A DNA stretch of 64,000 nt from contig CAJKVH010000002.1 of assembly GCA_905203305.1 (NCBI GenBank), forward strand, positions 90,125-154,124, written 5' to 3'. This DNA is from an uncultured Eubacteriales bacterium. Its GTDB lineage: Bacteria > Bacillota > Clostridia > TANB77 > CAG-508. Each line of letters begins with the position of its first letter. Position 1 is the first letter of the stretch. The notes under the pieces were generated by a model that was not told where the DNA came from, made no database searches, and worked only from the letters and a program-made list of their open reading frames with translations. The translations under genes were made by a program, and so were the position numbers. Positions 38,414 to 47,565 of the stretch are shown here, piece after piece.

Positions 38414-39667
38414 CTAATCTTTTACTAAATATATTTCCGCTCCCAAATTTTTTAGCTTAACCTCTAAATTTTCATAACCTCTAAGAATATATTCTATATT
38501 TTCTACATTAGTAGTTCCTTTTGCCGCAAGTCCTGCTAAAACTAAACTTGCTCCGCCTCTTAAATCGGTTGCTCTAACCTTTGCACCATATATCTTTTTT
38601 ACACCTTTTATAACAGCTGTTTTTCCTTCTACATTTACTTTTGCTCCCATCTTTTTTAATTCTTGTATATATTTATATCTATTTTCAAATATATTTTCCA
38701 CTATAACAGATGTTCCATTTGCTAAAACTAACATTCCCCCCATTATTGCTTGCATATCTGTTGGAAAACCTGGATATGGCATTGTCTTTATATCTATTGC
38801 TTTTAGTCTCTTAGGAGCTTTTAATTTTATCTCATTTTCTTTTAACTTTATTGTGCATCCAGCTTCTGTCAATTTATTTAAAATAGGTGCTATATTAAGT
38901 ACATTTACCTTTTTTAATGTTATTTCTCCTCCTGTAACTGCAGCTGCACATAATAACGTTCCAGCTTCTATTCGGTCTGGCATTATATTATAGCTTAAAT
39001 CTTTTAATTTTTTTACTCCTTGTATTTTTATTATATTGCTTCCTGCTCCTTCTATTTTTGCTCCCATTTTATTTAAGAAATTTTGCAGATCAACTATTTC
39101 TGGTTCCATTGCTGCATTTATAATCTTTGTTGTTCCCTCTGATAAAACAGATGCTAGCATTATATTTTCCGTTGCCCCTACACTTGGAAAATCCAAATTT
39201 ATTTCTGCTGGCTTTATTTCTTTTGCTTCACACACTATTTTTCCAAACTCCTGATTTATTGTTGCACCTATCTTTTCAAATCCCTTTAAATGTAAGTCGA
39301 TTGGTCTCGAGCCTATATCACATCCTCCTGGATAAGAAAATGTAACCTTTTTATATTTTCCTAAAATTGCACCTGCAAAAATTATAGATGAACGCATCTG
39401 TCTCATCAAATTTTCTGGTATTTCAAATTTATTTATATTTCTCGAATCTATTACTACTTTATTTTGATTTTTCTTTACTTTACAACCTATATTTTTTAAT
39501 ATTTCTATCATCATTTGCGTATCATGAATATTAGGAACATTGTATAATTTGGTTATTCCTGAATTAAGTACACACGCAGCCATTATTGGTAATGATGCAT
39601 TTTTTGAACCTGAGGTATATGTTTCTCCAACTAATTTTTTACCTCCTTCTATTATGTAATTTGACAT
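38414..39667 (-). CDS. murA: UDP-N-acetylglucosamine 1-carboxyvinyltransferase
   Basis: 417 aa with an EPSP-synthase fold. MSNYIIEGGKKLVGETYTSGSKNASLPIMAA…. Confidence 0.85.
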   Translation of the reverse strand: MSNYIIEGGKKLVGETYTSGSKNASLPIMAACVLNSGITKLYNVPNIHDTQMMIEILKNIGCKVKKNQNKVVIDSRNINKFEIPENLMRQMRSSIIFAGAILGKYKKVTFSYPGGCDIGSRPIDLHLKGFEKIGATINQEFGKIVCEAKEIKPAEINLDFPSVGATENIMLASVLSEGTTKIINAAMEPEIVDLQNFLNKMGAKIEGAGSNIIKIQGVKKLKDLSYNIMPDRIEAGTLLCAAAVTGGEITLKKVNVLNIAPILNKLTEAGCTIKLKENEIKLKAPKRLKAIDIKTMPYPGFPTDMQAIMGGMLVLANGTSVIVENIFENRYKYIQELKKMGAKVNVEGKTAVIKGVKKIYGAKVRATDLRGGASLVLAGLAAKGTTNVENIEYILRGYENLEVKLKNLGAEIYLVKD

Positions 39668-39770
39668 CTTTTTCTCTTTCCTTTCATAATAGTTTATTTT
39701 ATGTTATATTTTATGTATTTTTTTATTAAACGTGAAAAAACAGACATACCAAAATATGTCTGCTTATTTT

Positions 39771-40931
39771 CTAGATATCCCAATATCTATATTTTTTATA
39801 AAATACTATTCCAACTATAGCCAATATTAAAATTGCTCCAACGGCAATTCCTGAAATTCCTGCACGAGGTAATTTACTATTAGCTGTTGTATTATCTCCC
39901 AATTTTTTTACCTGTGAATTATTATTTTTTTGATTATTATTTTTATTTACTGTATTTTCTGTAACAGTCACAGTGCAACTTGCTTTAAAATTACCATCTT
40001 TTGTTGTTGCTGTTATTTTAGCTGTTCCTACAGATTTTGCTGTTACTTTTCCATCATTTACTGTTGCAACACTTTCATTATCACTTTCCCAAATAACGTT
40101 TTTATTTGTTGCATCAGTTGGTGTAATTGTTGCTGTCAAAGTATAACTGCTTCCTTCTGTTAAAGATAAAGTTGTTTTATCTAAACTAATTCCTGTAACA
40201 TCAACTTCTACAGCTTTTGATCCTTTCATTGTATATATACATTCATCATAATAGTTTTCACTTCCTGTCACTAGTTTTGCCCATATAACGTATGGCTCTT
40301 CCCCAGAAAATTTTGTAGTATCTACCGAAATATTGTTATCTGTTGTTTCTGTCCAATTAGATTCATCATACATAGGTGTTAATTCCTTTATTTTCGTATT
40401 TACTTCATTTACAACATTATTATATTCATCTATTTTTTCATTATATTCTTTTACTTTAGTTTCATAGTTTGTTTTTGCTTCTTCATAATTTGTTTTTAGA
40501 TTTTCTATTTCATCTTTAGATAACTCAGAATTTTTTAGTCCATTTGAATAAGCTGTATATGCTTGATTATATGCTTCTTTTGCATTATCCATTCCAGGTT
40601 TTAATGCTTTATATTCATTTTCTATAGTTTTTAACTTTTCTTCCCCTGCTGTCTTTGATGTATTTATTTCCTCATAAGCTGAATTTTCCATTTTTACAGC
40701 TTGAAAATATAATTTATAATCAGTTACAGTACTGCTTATATTTATCTTTCCACTTCCATTATATATTAATGAAGGCATTGTTATTAAAGATTTAGGATCT
40801 AAATCTACAGAATGTGCATTTACCTTTGTAAATTGTGTTAATATCATTATTATTATCATTAAAATTATTAATATTATCTTTTTATTTTTCATCTGCTTTT
40901 CTCCCTTAAATATTTCATTTATTTTTTCCAT
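39771..40931 (-). CDS. secreted/anchored surface protein with coiled-coil region and a Big_2 (bacterial Ig-like) domain
   Basis: It has a signal peptide, a K/E-rich heptad region, a Big_2-like segment (…[44 protein letters not shown]…), and a C-terminal TM anchor after LPRAG. Confidence 0.6.
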   Translation of the reverse strand: MEKINEIFKGEKQMKNKKIILIILMIIIMILTQFTKVNAHSVDLDPKSLITMPSLIYNGSGKINISSTVTDYKLYFQAVKMENSAYEEINTSKTAGEEKLKTIENEYKALKPGMDNAKEAYNQAYTAYSNGLKNSELSKDEIENLKTNYEEAKTNYETKVKEYNEKIDEYNNVVNEVNTKIKELTPMYDESNWTETTDNNISVDTTKFSGEEPYVIWAKLVTGSENYYDECIYTMKGSKAVEVDVTGISLDKTTLSLTEGSSYTLTATITPTDATNKNVIWESDNESVATVNDGKVTAKSVGTAKITATTKDGNFKASCTVTVTENTVNKNNNQKNNNSQVKKLGDNTTANSKLPRAGISGIAVGAILILAIVGIVFYKKYRYWDI

Positions 40932-42911
40932 TTATTTAGTATATTTTTCTTCATCTGCTTTCTGTTCTTTTAATAATTCACCTAATTCTATTGAAAATTC
41001 TTTTAATAAAACAACTTTTATTGTAATATCTTTTCCGCTTATATATTCATCCATTAGCCTCTTAAGTTTACTCAAATTCATTCTTTCGCCTTTCAAAACT
41101 TCTGGATTTTCACTGGCTCTTTTTATTATTTTTTCTTTTATTGCAACTATATCTTCATTGCTTGCACAAGATACTCTTTGGAATACCTGGAATGGATCAT
41201 AATATTTAAGTATTGGAATATTTGTACATTCTTTATCAAATCTTTCATAAAATTGTTCCATTTTCATTGGAATACACTTAAATATCTCATCTGCTTTTCC
41301 TTTATATTCTTTTTCCAATAGTTGCTCATTAAGTTCTCCAAACCTTTCAAATATTTCTTGCATCTCTTCTTCATAGCTTTCTACAGAATCATCTCTTATT
41401 ATTACTTTTCCCATTTCTTCATCTACATTTGGGCAATATTTTGAATGTAATGATGATAAATTCATTCCATTTAAGAATACTGTTTTTAATGTTTTAATGT
41501 CATTTGTTATTAACCCACTTTTTGAGAAATAAACAAAATATTCAAATAATTTTACAATATCTATTAATTCTATTTCTCCTTTTTTTACTTCATCTAATGT
41601 TTCGTCAACAATTTTTACAAATTGATCATCTTGAACTTTCCAGTATTCTTCTACAATAATCTTTTTATATGATGGTACTTTTTTAGCTTTTGGACTTGCA
41701 TTTACAGCTTCCATTTCTGCTTTAAATAATTTCATATCAAAAATTCTTGTTCTTACATAATATTCTATAAATTTAAAGAATCTATAATCTGCTTTAAAGT
41801 TATAATAATAATTTCCATCAAATTCTTTTATATAAAATTGTCTATTGTCCATCAAAACTCTTGATGATACTAATATTGACTTATATTCTTCATTATCTTT
41901 TATGTTTTTAAACTTTTCTTTTGTTATTTTTCCTGCTTTTATTTCAAAAGAAACTGCAATTGTAAATATTAACATCGTTTGCATAACTCTGTTATTTGTA
42001 TTTGGATAAAATTTATTTACTTCTTCATATATTTTGTAAAAATCATTTAATGCATGTTTTAAAATACGTAAATTTCTCGTCCCACTTTTCTTAAATGTTG
42101 TTATAATTATTTCTGTATTTTCCCTTAAGAATCTTATTAGTTCTCTATTATTTTCAAATCTCATAAGAATTCCATTTATTATATAATCAAATTGTGGAGC
42201 ATATTCAAATGTTTCACCAATTAGTTTTTCTTTTATTCTTTCATAATCTATTGCTTTATCGAATACGTGCTCTATTTTTTGTTGAATTTTTTCAACCATT
42301 GGTTTATCTGAATTATTTAATTCTCCTTGTTTGTCCAACAAATATGTTGCAATAAATGTTTTCATTTCTAAGTTACTATTTTTTATTTTTGTAGATAATT
42401 CTTTTTCATTACAAATTATTATTGTTTTTATATGATCATGTTCAACAAAATTGTTTATATATCCTAATATATCTATGACATCAACATTGGCTCTTTCCAA
42501 ATCATCAAAACATAAAACTTTATCATCTGTAGAAAAAAATTCTTCATAATCTAATTTGCCACTATTAGAACCATTGCCAAAGAAATTTGCCATATCAATT
42601 CCAGTTTTAGCATACTCAGGAATTGTTGTTTGTCCATTTGCATTCATATATTTTCTAAGATTTCTGTCCATAAGCTGTGATGTTTCCATAAATATCTTTT
42701 TACTTATTTCTTCTAAGTTTGATATACCATATAATGACATGTATATAGTCGTAAATCTTTTTCCATTTAATTTTAATGACTCTATTTTTTTCTTTATTTG
42801 GTTGTTCCAAAAATATGTTTTTCCAGATCCCCACTCTCCATTTATCATTATTGCATAATCTGTGTAATCTGAACGAACATAATCTAATATGCTTTCTATT
42901 AAATCATCCAT
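40932..42911 (-). CDS. KAP-family P-loop NTPase
   Basis: 659 aa with an N-terminal Walker A GEWGSGKTYFWN and Walker B LCFDDLER. The large helical C-terminal half is typical of KAP NTPases. Confidence 0.7.
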   Translation of the reverse strand: MDDLIESILDYVRSDYTDYAIMINGEWGSGKTYFWNNQIKKKIESLKLNGKRFTTIYMSLYGISNLEEISKKIFMETSQLMDRNLRKYMNANGQTTIPEYAKTGIDMANFFGNGSNSGKLDYEEFFSTDDKVLCFDDLERANVDVIDILGYINNFVEHDHIKTIIICNEKELSTKIKNSNLEMKTFIATYLLDKQGELNNSDKPMVEKIQQKIEHVFDKAIDYERIKEKLIGETFEYAPQFDYIINGILMRFENNRELIRFLRENTEIIITTFKKSGTRNLRILKHALNDFYKIYEEVNKFYPNTNNRVMQTMLIFTIAVSFEIKAGKITKEKFKNIKDNEEYKSILVSSRVLMDNRQFYIKEFDGNYYYNFKADYRFFKFIEYYVRTRIFDMKLFKAEMEAVNASPKAKKVPSYKKIIVEEYWKVQDDQFVKIVDETLDEVKKGEIELIDIVKLFEYFVYFSKSGLITNDIKTLKTVFLNGMNLSSLHSKYCPNVDEEMGKVIIRDDSVESYEEEMQEIFERFGELNEQLLEKEYKGKADEIFKCIPMKMEQFYERFDKECTNIPILKYYDPFQVFQRVSCASNEDIVAIKEKIIKRASENPEVLKGERMNLSKLKRLMDEYISGKDITIKVVLLKEFSIELGELLKEQKADEEKYTK

Positions 42912-42925
42912 TGAAATTCCTCCTT

Positions 42926-43576
42926 TTAATCTTTTGCAATTGTTAATATATCTATTTTTTTTGCTCCTGCTATTTTTAGCATTTTGCTACATTCATCCGC
43001 TGTAGCTCCTGTTGTATAAATATCATCAATTAATAGTATTTTTTTATCTAATATACATTTTTTGTTTACTACTTTGTATACATTTTTTACATTTTGATTT
43101 CTATCTTCTTTGCCAAGTGTACTTTGTGCTTTGTTGTTTTTTACTTTTTTTATCAAGTTATCTTTTATTTTGCACTTTTCATCTGTTACAATGTTTTTAG
43201 CAAATAAAAAACTTTGATTATATCCTCTAACTTTTTTTCTTTTTTTACTTACTGGAATCGGTATTATTATATCATAAAAATCTAATTGTATATAATTTTT
43301 CTTATATTTTATAAAAAAATCTACAAAACCTCTATATAGGTACGGCTTTTCATTAAACTTATAATCTATCAAAAGTTCTCTTATTAGACCTTCATACTTA
43401 AAAATATAATAGTGATTTTCAAAATACTTATCTATATAACATTCTCTTTCAAATAAAGCCAAGTTTTTAAAACTAATTTCACACTTTTTACATAAAAATG
43501 TATTCTTTCCTTTTCCACACACTACGCACGTTTGTGGATAAATCCAATCTAAAACTATATTAGCCTCCTTTTCCAA
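42926..43576 (-). CDS. comFC: ComF-family protein (double zinc ribbon + phosphoribosyltransferase domain)
   Basis: N-terminal CxxC…CxxC motif. C-terminal PRTase motif LLIDDIYTTGAT. Confidence 0.75.
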   Translation of the reverse strand: MEKEANIVLDWIYPQTCVVCGKGKNTFLCKKCEISFKNLALFERECYIDKYFENHYYIFKYEGLIRELLIDYKFNEKPYLYRGFVDFFIKYKKNYIQLDFYDIIIPIPVSKKRKKVRGYNQSFLFAKNIVTDEKCKIKDNLIKKVKNNKAQSTLGKEDRNQNVKNVYKVVNKKCILDKKILLIDDIYTTGATADECSKMLKIAGAKKIDILTIAKD

Positions 43577-43578
43577 TT

Positions 43579-43620
43579 TCCCATTTGGGGACTTAAGTTT
43601 AGGGGATTTCCCATTTGGGG
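43579..43620. repeat. two tandem copies of the TCCCATTTGGGGA palindromic element
   Basis: ttcccatttggggacttaagtttaggggatttcccatttggggacgga. It lies between comFC and radA. Confidence 0.55.
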
Positions 43621-43638
43621 ACGGAGTTTTTAGGGGAT

Positions 43639-45006
43639 TTAACCTTTTATATTTAAAACTCTTAAAGCTTCTCTTATATCTTTTACCCCAACTATGTCCA
43701 TTTTATATTTTTCCTCTAAATACTTTTTATTATTTTCAGGAATAATACATCTTTTAAATCCCATTTTTTCTGCTTCCTTTAGTCTTTTTTCTATCATGTT
43801 TATCCTTCTAACTTCTCCTGTTAACCCAACTTCTCCCATTATTACTGTGTCTTTTGGTATTGGTACATTTTTAAAGCTAGATGCACAAACACATAAAATT
43901 CCAAGATCTATTGATGGTTCGTTTAATTTCATTCCACTTACAACATTTACATATATGTCTTGTCCACCTATATTTAAATTTGCTCTTTTTTCTAGTACCG
44001 CAATTAATACTGCCAACCTATTATAATCTAAACCATTTGCTGTTCTTTTAGGAATCCCAAATACACTTAATGTTGTTAAAGCTTGAAGTTCTATAAGCAT
44101 TGGTCTTGTTCCTTCTATGCTTGCAACTATTGCAGATCCTGACGGGTTATCTTCTCTTTCTGAAATTAAAATTTGTGAAGGATTTGTAATTTCAACTAAA
44201 CCCTCTCCTTTCATTTCAAACATACCTATTTCGTTTGTTGAACCAAATCTATTTTTCACTCCTCTTAAAATTCTATATGAAAAATATCTTTCTCCTTCTA
44301 AATAAAGCACAGTATCTACCATGTGTTCTAAAACTCTTGGTCCTGCAATTGTTCCATCTTTTGTTACATGTCCTATTATTATTGTTGTAATTCCTTTTGA
44401 TTTACACATTCTCATAATTTGAGCCGTTATTTCTCTTACCTGACTTACACTGCCTGCTGCAGCCGAAAGTTCATCTGAATACATTGTTTGAATCGAATCT
44501 ATTATTACAAGCTTTGGTTTTAACTCTTCTATATTTTCGTTTATTATTGATATATCTGTTTCCCCTAAAAACATTATATCGTCATTATCAATTCCAAGTC
44601 TATCTGCTCTTAATTTTATTTGTTCTGCTGATTCTTCTCCAGATACATACAAAACTTTTCCCTCGCCATGAATTTTATTACATAATTGTAATATCAAAGT
44701 TGACTTTCCAATTCCCGGTTCTCCTCCAAGTAATATTAATGAACCCTTTACTATTCCTCCACCTAAAACTCTATCTAATTCACTAAATCCTGTTGATGTT
44801 CTGGCAACTTCTTCTCCTTTATATGAATTTAATGCTTTTGGCGTATTTCTTTCCTTCACTGTTTTAATTCCATTTTCTGTTATTTTTTCTATCTTTTGTT
44901 CAAAAAACGTATTCCAACTATTACATGCTGGGCATTTTCCCATCCATTTTGCACTTTCATATCCACATTCGTTACATACAAATACTGTTTTTGCTGCTTT
45001 TGCCAT
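43639..45006 (-). CDS. radA: DNA repair protein RadA
   Basis: N-terminal zinc finger CNECGYESAKWMGKCPAC, a RecA-like Walker A GEPGIGKST, and a C-terminal Lon-like domain. Confidence 0.9.
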   Translation of the reverse strand: MAKAAKTVFVCNECGYESAKWMGKCPACNSWNTFFEQKIEKITENGIKTVKERNTPKALNSYKGEEVARTSTGFSELDRVLGGGIVKGSLILLGGEPGIGKSTLILQLCNKIHGEGKVLYVSGEESAEQIKLRADRLGIDNDDIMFLGETDISIINENIEELKPKLVIIDSIQTMYSDELSAAAGSVSQVREITAQIMRMCKSKGITTIIIGHVTKDGTIAGPRVLEHMVDTVLYLEGERYFSYRILRGVKNRFGSTNEIGMFEMKGEGLVEITNPSQILISEREDNPSGSAIVASIEGTRPMLIELQALTTLSVFGIPKRTANGLDYNRLAVLIAVLEKRANLNIGGQDIYVNVVSGMKLNEPSIDLGILCVCASSFKNVPIPKDTVIMGEVGLTGEVRRINMIEKRLKEAEKMGFKRCIIPENNKKYLEEKYKMDIVGVKDIREALRVLNIKG

Positions 45007-45096
45007 TTTCTCCTCCGTTTTCTCTTTTTGAATATGTTTATTTTACTTTATTTTCAAAAAAAAAGCAAGAAAAAAATCCTTGCTTTTTATAAAACT

Positions 45097-45375
45097 TTAT
45101 CCCACATTTTGTTCTTTAATAAGTTTGTTTCCTACTTTGCAATCCACTACTAATCCTCGTTCTTTTGCCTTTTTTATTAAATAGTCTAATTTTGCCTGAT
45201 TCGCCTTTATATCATAAGAGTAATAATCAATCAAATCACTTTCAGCAAATTCAAAATTCTTATGAGCTTTTTTTAAATTTTCCCTTGTTTCAACTATATT
45301 AATCAAAAGCTCCATATTTCTTTCTTCATCACTTAATTCTTTTATTTTTTCTTCTTTTATATAATCAAATTCCAT
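45097..45375 (-). CDS. small hypothetical protein (DUF2508/YaaL-like)
   Basis: 92-aa intact ORF with a predicted helical hairpin. Confidence 0.4.
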   Translation of the reverse strand: MEFDYIKEEKIKELSDEERNMELLINIVETRENLKKAHKNFEFAESDLIDYYSYDIKANQAKLDYLIKKAKERGLVVDCKVGNKLIKEQNVG

Positions 45376-45501
45376 AAAACATCTCCTAAAAAAATTAACT
45401 TTCTTTATAATTATATGTCAAAATTTATTTTTTATTCTCTAAATGCTTGATATATAGGCTTAAATATTATATAATACCCGTATTAAGAAAGGACTGATAT
45501 T

Positions 45502-46788
45502 ATGATAGATATAAAATTTTTAAGAGAACACCCTGACCTTGTAAAAGAAAATATCAAGAAAAAATTTCAAGATCATAAATTAATTTTAGTAGATGAAGTA
45601 ATCGAATTAGACAAAAAAAATCGTGAAGCTAAATTAAATGGAGATAATTTACGTAATCAAAGAAAAACTTTAAGTAATCAAATTGGAAACTTAATGAAAA
45701 ATGGCGAAAAAATGCAAGCAGAAGAAATAAAAAGACAAGTCCAAGAAATAAATGAAAAACTTGAAAAAAATGAAGCATTAGAAGATGAACTTGCTGAAGA
45801 AATAAAATCAAGAATGATGAAAATTCCAAATATAATGCATCCATCTGTTCCAATTGGAGAAGATGATAGTAAAAATGTTGAAATTAAAAAATATGGAGAT
45901 CCTATAGTTCCAAATTATGAAATTCCATATCATGGAGAAATTATGGAATCACTTGGAGGACTTGATTTAGATAGTGCCCGTAGAGTTGCTGGTAACGGAT
46001 TTTATTATCTTTTAGGAGATGTTGCAAGACTTCACTCTGCAGTATTAACATATGCAAGAGACTTTATGATAAATAAAGGATTTACATATTGTATTCCCCC
46101 ATTTATGATTCGTTCAAATGTTGTAACAGGAGTTATGAGCTTTGAAGAAATGGATGCAATGATGTATAAAATTGAAGGTGAAGATTTATATTTAATCGGA
46201 ACATCAGAACACTCTATGATAGGAAAATTCAAAGATCAAATATTAGATAAAACAAAAATGCCATATACAATGACATCATACTCTCCTTGCTTTAGAAAAG
46301 AAAAAGGTGCTCATGGTATAGAAGAACGTGGAGTATATAGAATCCACCAATTTGAAAAACAAGAAATGATTGTTGTTTGCGAACCAGAAGATAGTTGGAA
46401 TTGGTATGATAAAATGTGGTCATATACAGTTGAATTATTTAGAAGTATGGGAATTCCAGTAAGAACTTTGGAATGTTGTAGTGGTGATTTAGCAGATTTA
46501 AAAGCAAAATCATGTGATGTTGAAGCATGGTCTCCACGTCAAAAGAAATATTTTGAAGTTGGAAGTTGTTCAAATCTAACAGATGCACAAGCACGTAGAC
46601 TAGGAATTAGAATAAAAGGTGAAAAAGAAAATTATTATGCACATACATTAAATAACACTGTTGTTGCTCCACCAAGAATGTTAATTGCAGTTATGGAAAA
46701 CAACTATAATCCAGATGGAAGTGTTACTATTCCAGAAGTATTAAGACCATATATGGGTGGATTAGAAAAAATAGCACCTAAAAAATAA
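45502..46788 (+). CDS. serS: serine--tRNA ligase
   Basis: 428 aa with an N-terminal coiled-coil arm and a class II core. No T-box leader was found in the 125-nt upstream gap. Confidence 0.9.
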   Translation: MIDIKFLREHPDLVKENIKKKFQDHKLILVDEVIELDKKNREAKLNGDNLRNQRKTLSNQIGNLMKNGEKMQAEEIKRQVQEINEKLEKNEALEDELAEEIKSRMMKIPNIMHPSVPIGEDDSKNVEIKKYGDPIVPNYEIPYHGEIMESLGGLDLDSARRVAGNGFYYLLGDVARLHSAVLTYARDFMINKGFTYCIPPFMIRSNVVTGVMSFEEMDAMMYKIEGEDLYLIGTSEHSMIGKFKDQILDKTKMPYTMTSYSPCFRKEKGAHGIEERGVYRIHQFEKQEMIVVCEPEDSWNWYDKMWSYTVELFRSMGIPVRTLECCSGDLADLKAKSCDVEAWSPRQKKYFEVGSCSNLTDAQARRLGIRIKGEKENYYAHTLNNTVVAPPRMLIAVMENNYNPDGSVTIPEVLRPYMGGLEKIAPKK

Positions 46789-46876
46789 AAAAATCAAATC
46801 GGGTCTTTTGGGATAAAATTCCTCAATTAGATCCGATTTTTTATAAAAAATCGAAACATCCAAAAAGGAGGAAATT

Positions 46877-47458
46877 ATGATAGTAAAAAATCCACAATTT
46901 GAAATTTCAGCAGTAAGTCCTAAACAATACCCAAAAAACGACTTGCCCGAGATTGTTTTAGTTGGAAAATCAAATGTAGGAAAATCTAGCTTTGTAAACA
47001 CTATGATAAATAGAAAAAAACTTGCACGTACAAGTTCAGAACCTGGAAAAACTAGGCAAATTAACTTTTATAATATTGATCAAAAATTTTACTTTGTTGA
47101 TTTACCTGGTTATGGCTTTAGTAAAATGTCTAAGGCTGAACAAGTAAAAGTAGGTGAATTTATAGAAGAATACCTTTTCCATAGAGATAAAATCTCTTTA
47201 ATTATATTTTTAATAGATATTAGGCATTCTCCAACTGCAAATGATAAATTAATGTATGACTATATTATTCGTTCTGGTAAACCATTTATGATTATTGCCA
47301 ACAAAGCAGATAAAATAGCTCCTACAAAAGTACTTAATACTACTTCTTCTCTACAAAAAGAGATAAATCCTTTAATGGATGCTACAATGTTGCCTTTTTC
47401 TTCTGAAAAAAAAGTTTACTGTGAAGAAGTATGGAAATTTCTTGAAGATTATATTTAA
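46877..47458 (+). CDS. engB: ribosome biogenesis GTP-binding protein YsxC/EngB
   Basis: G motifs GKSNVGKSS, DLPGYG and NKAD. Confidence 0.85.
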   Translation: MIVKNPQFEISAVSPKQYPKNDLPEIVLVGKSNVGKSSFVNTMINRKKLARTSSEPGKTRQINFYNIDQKFYFVDLPGYGFSKMSKAEQVKVGEFIEEYLFHRDKISLIIFLIDIRHSPTANDKLMYDYIIRSGKPFMIIANKADKIAPTKVLNTTSSLQKEINPLMDATMLPFSSEKKVYCEEVWKFLEDYI

Positions 47459-47565
47459 AAAATAAAGTAACTGTATGAACTATACCCCAATTAGTGGAGT
47501 TAGTAAAAAGAGGCCTAAAAAAACCATAAATCTAATTTGATTTGTGGTTTTTTTCTTCATATTTT

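Noticed and set aside
39771-40931. A sortase LPXTG anchor on the surface Ig-like protein.
   Set aside because: The C-terminal motif is LPRAG followed by a TM helix and a short basic tail. It is not canonical, so it is left as a generic membrane anchor.
45376-45501. T-box riboswitch leaders upstream of serS, asnS and lysS.
   Set aside because: The upstream gaps are only 90-125 nt. They lack the conserved T-box sequence (AATTAGGGTGGNACCGCG) and specifier-loop architecture.
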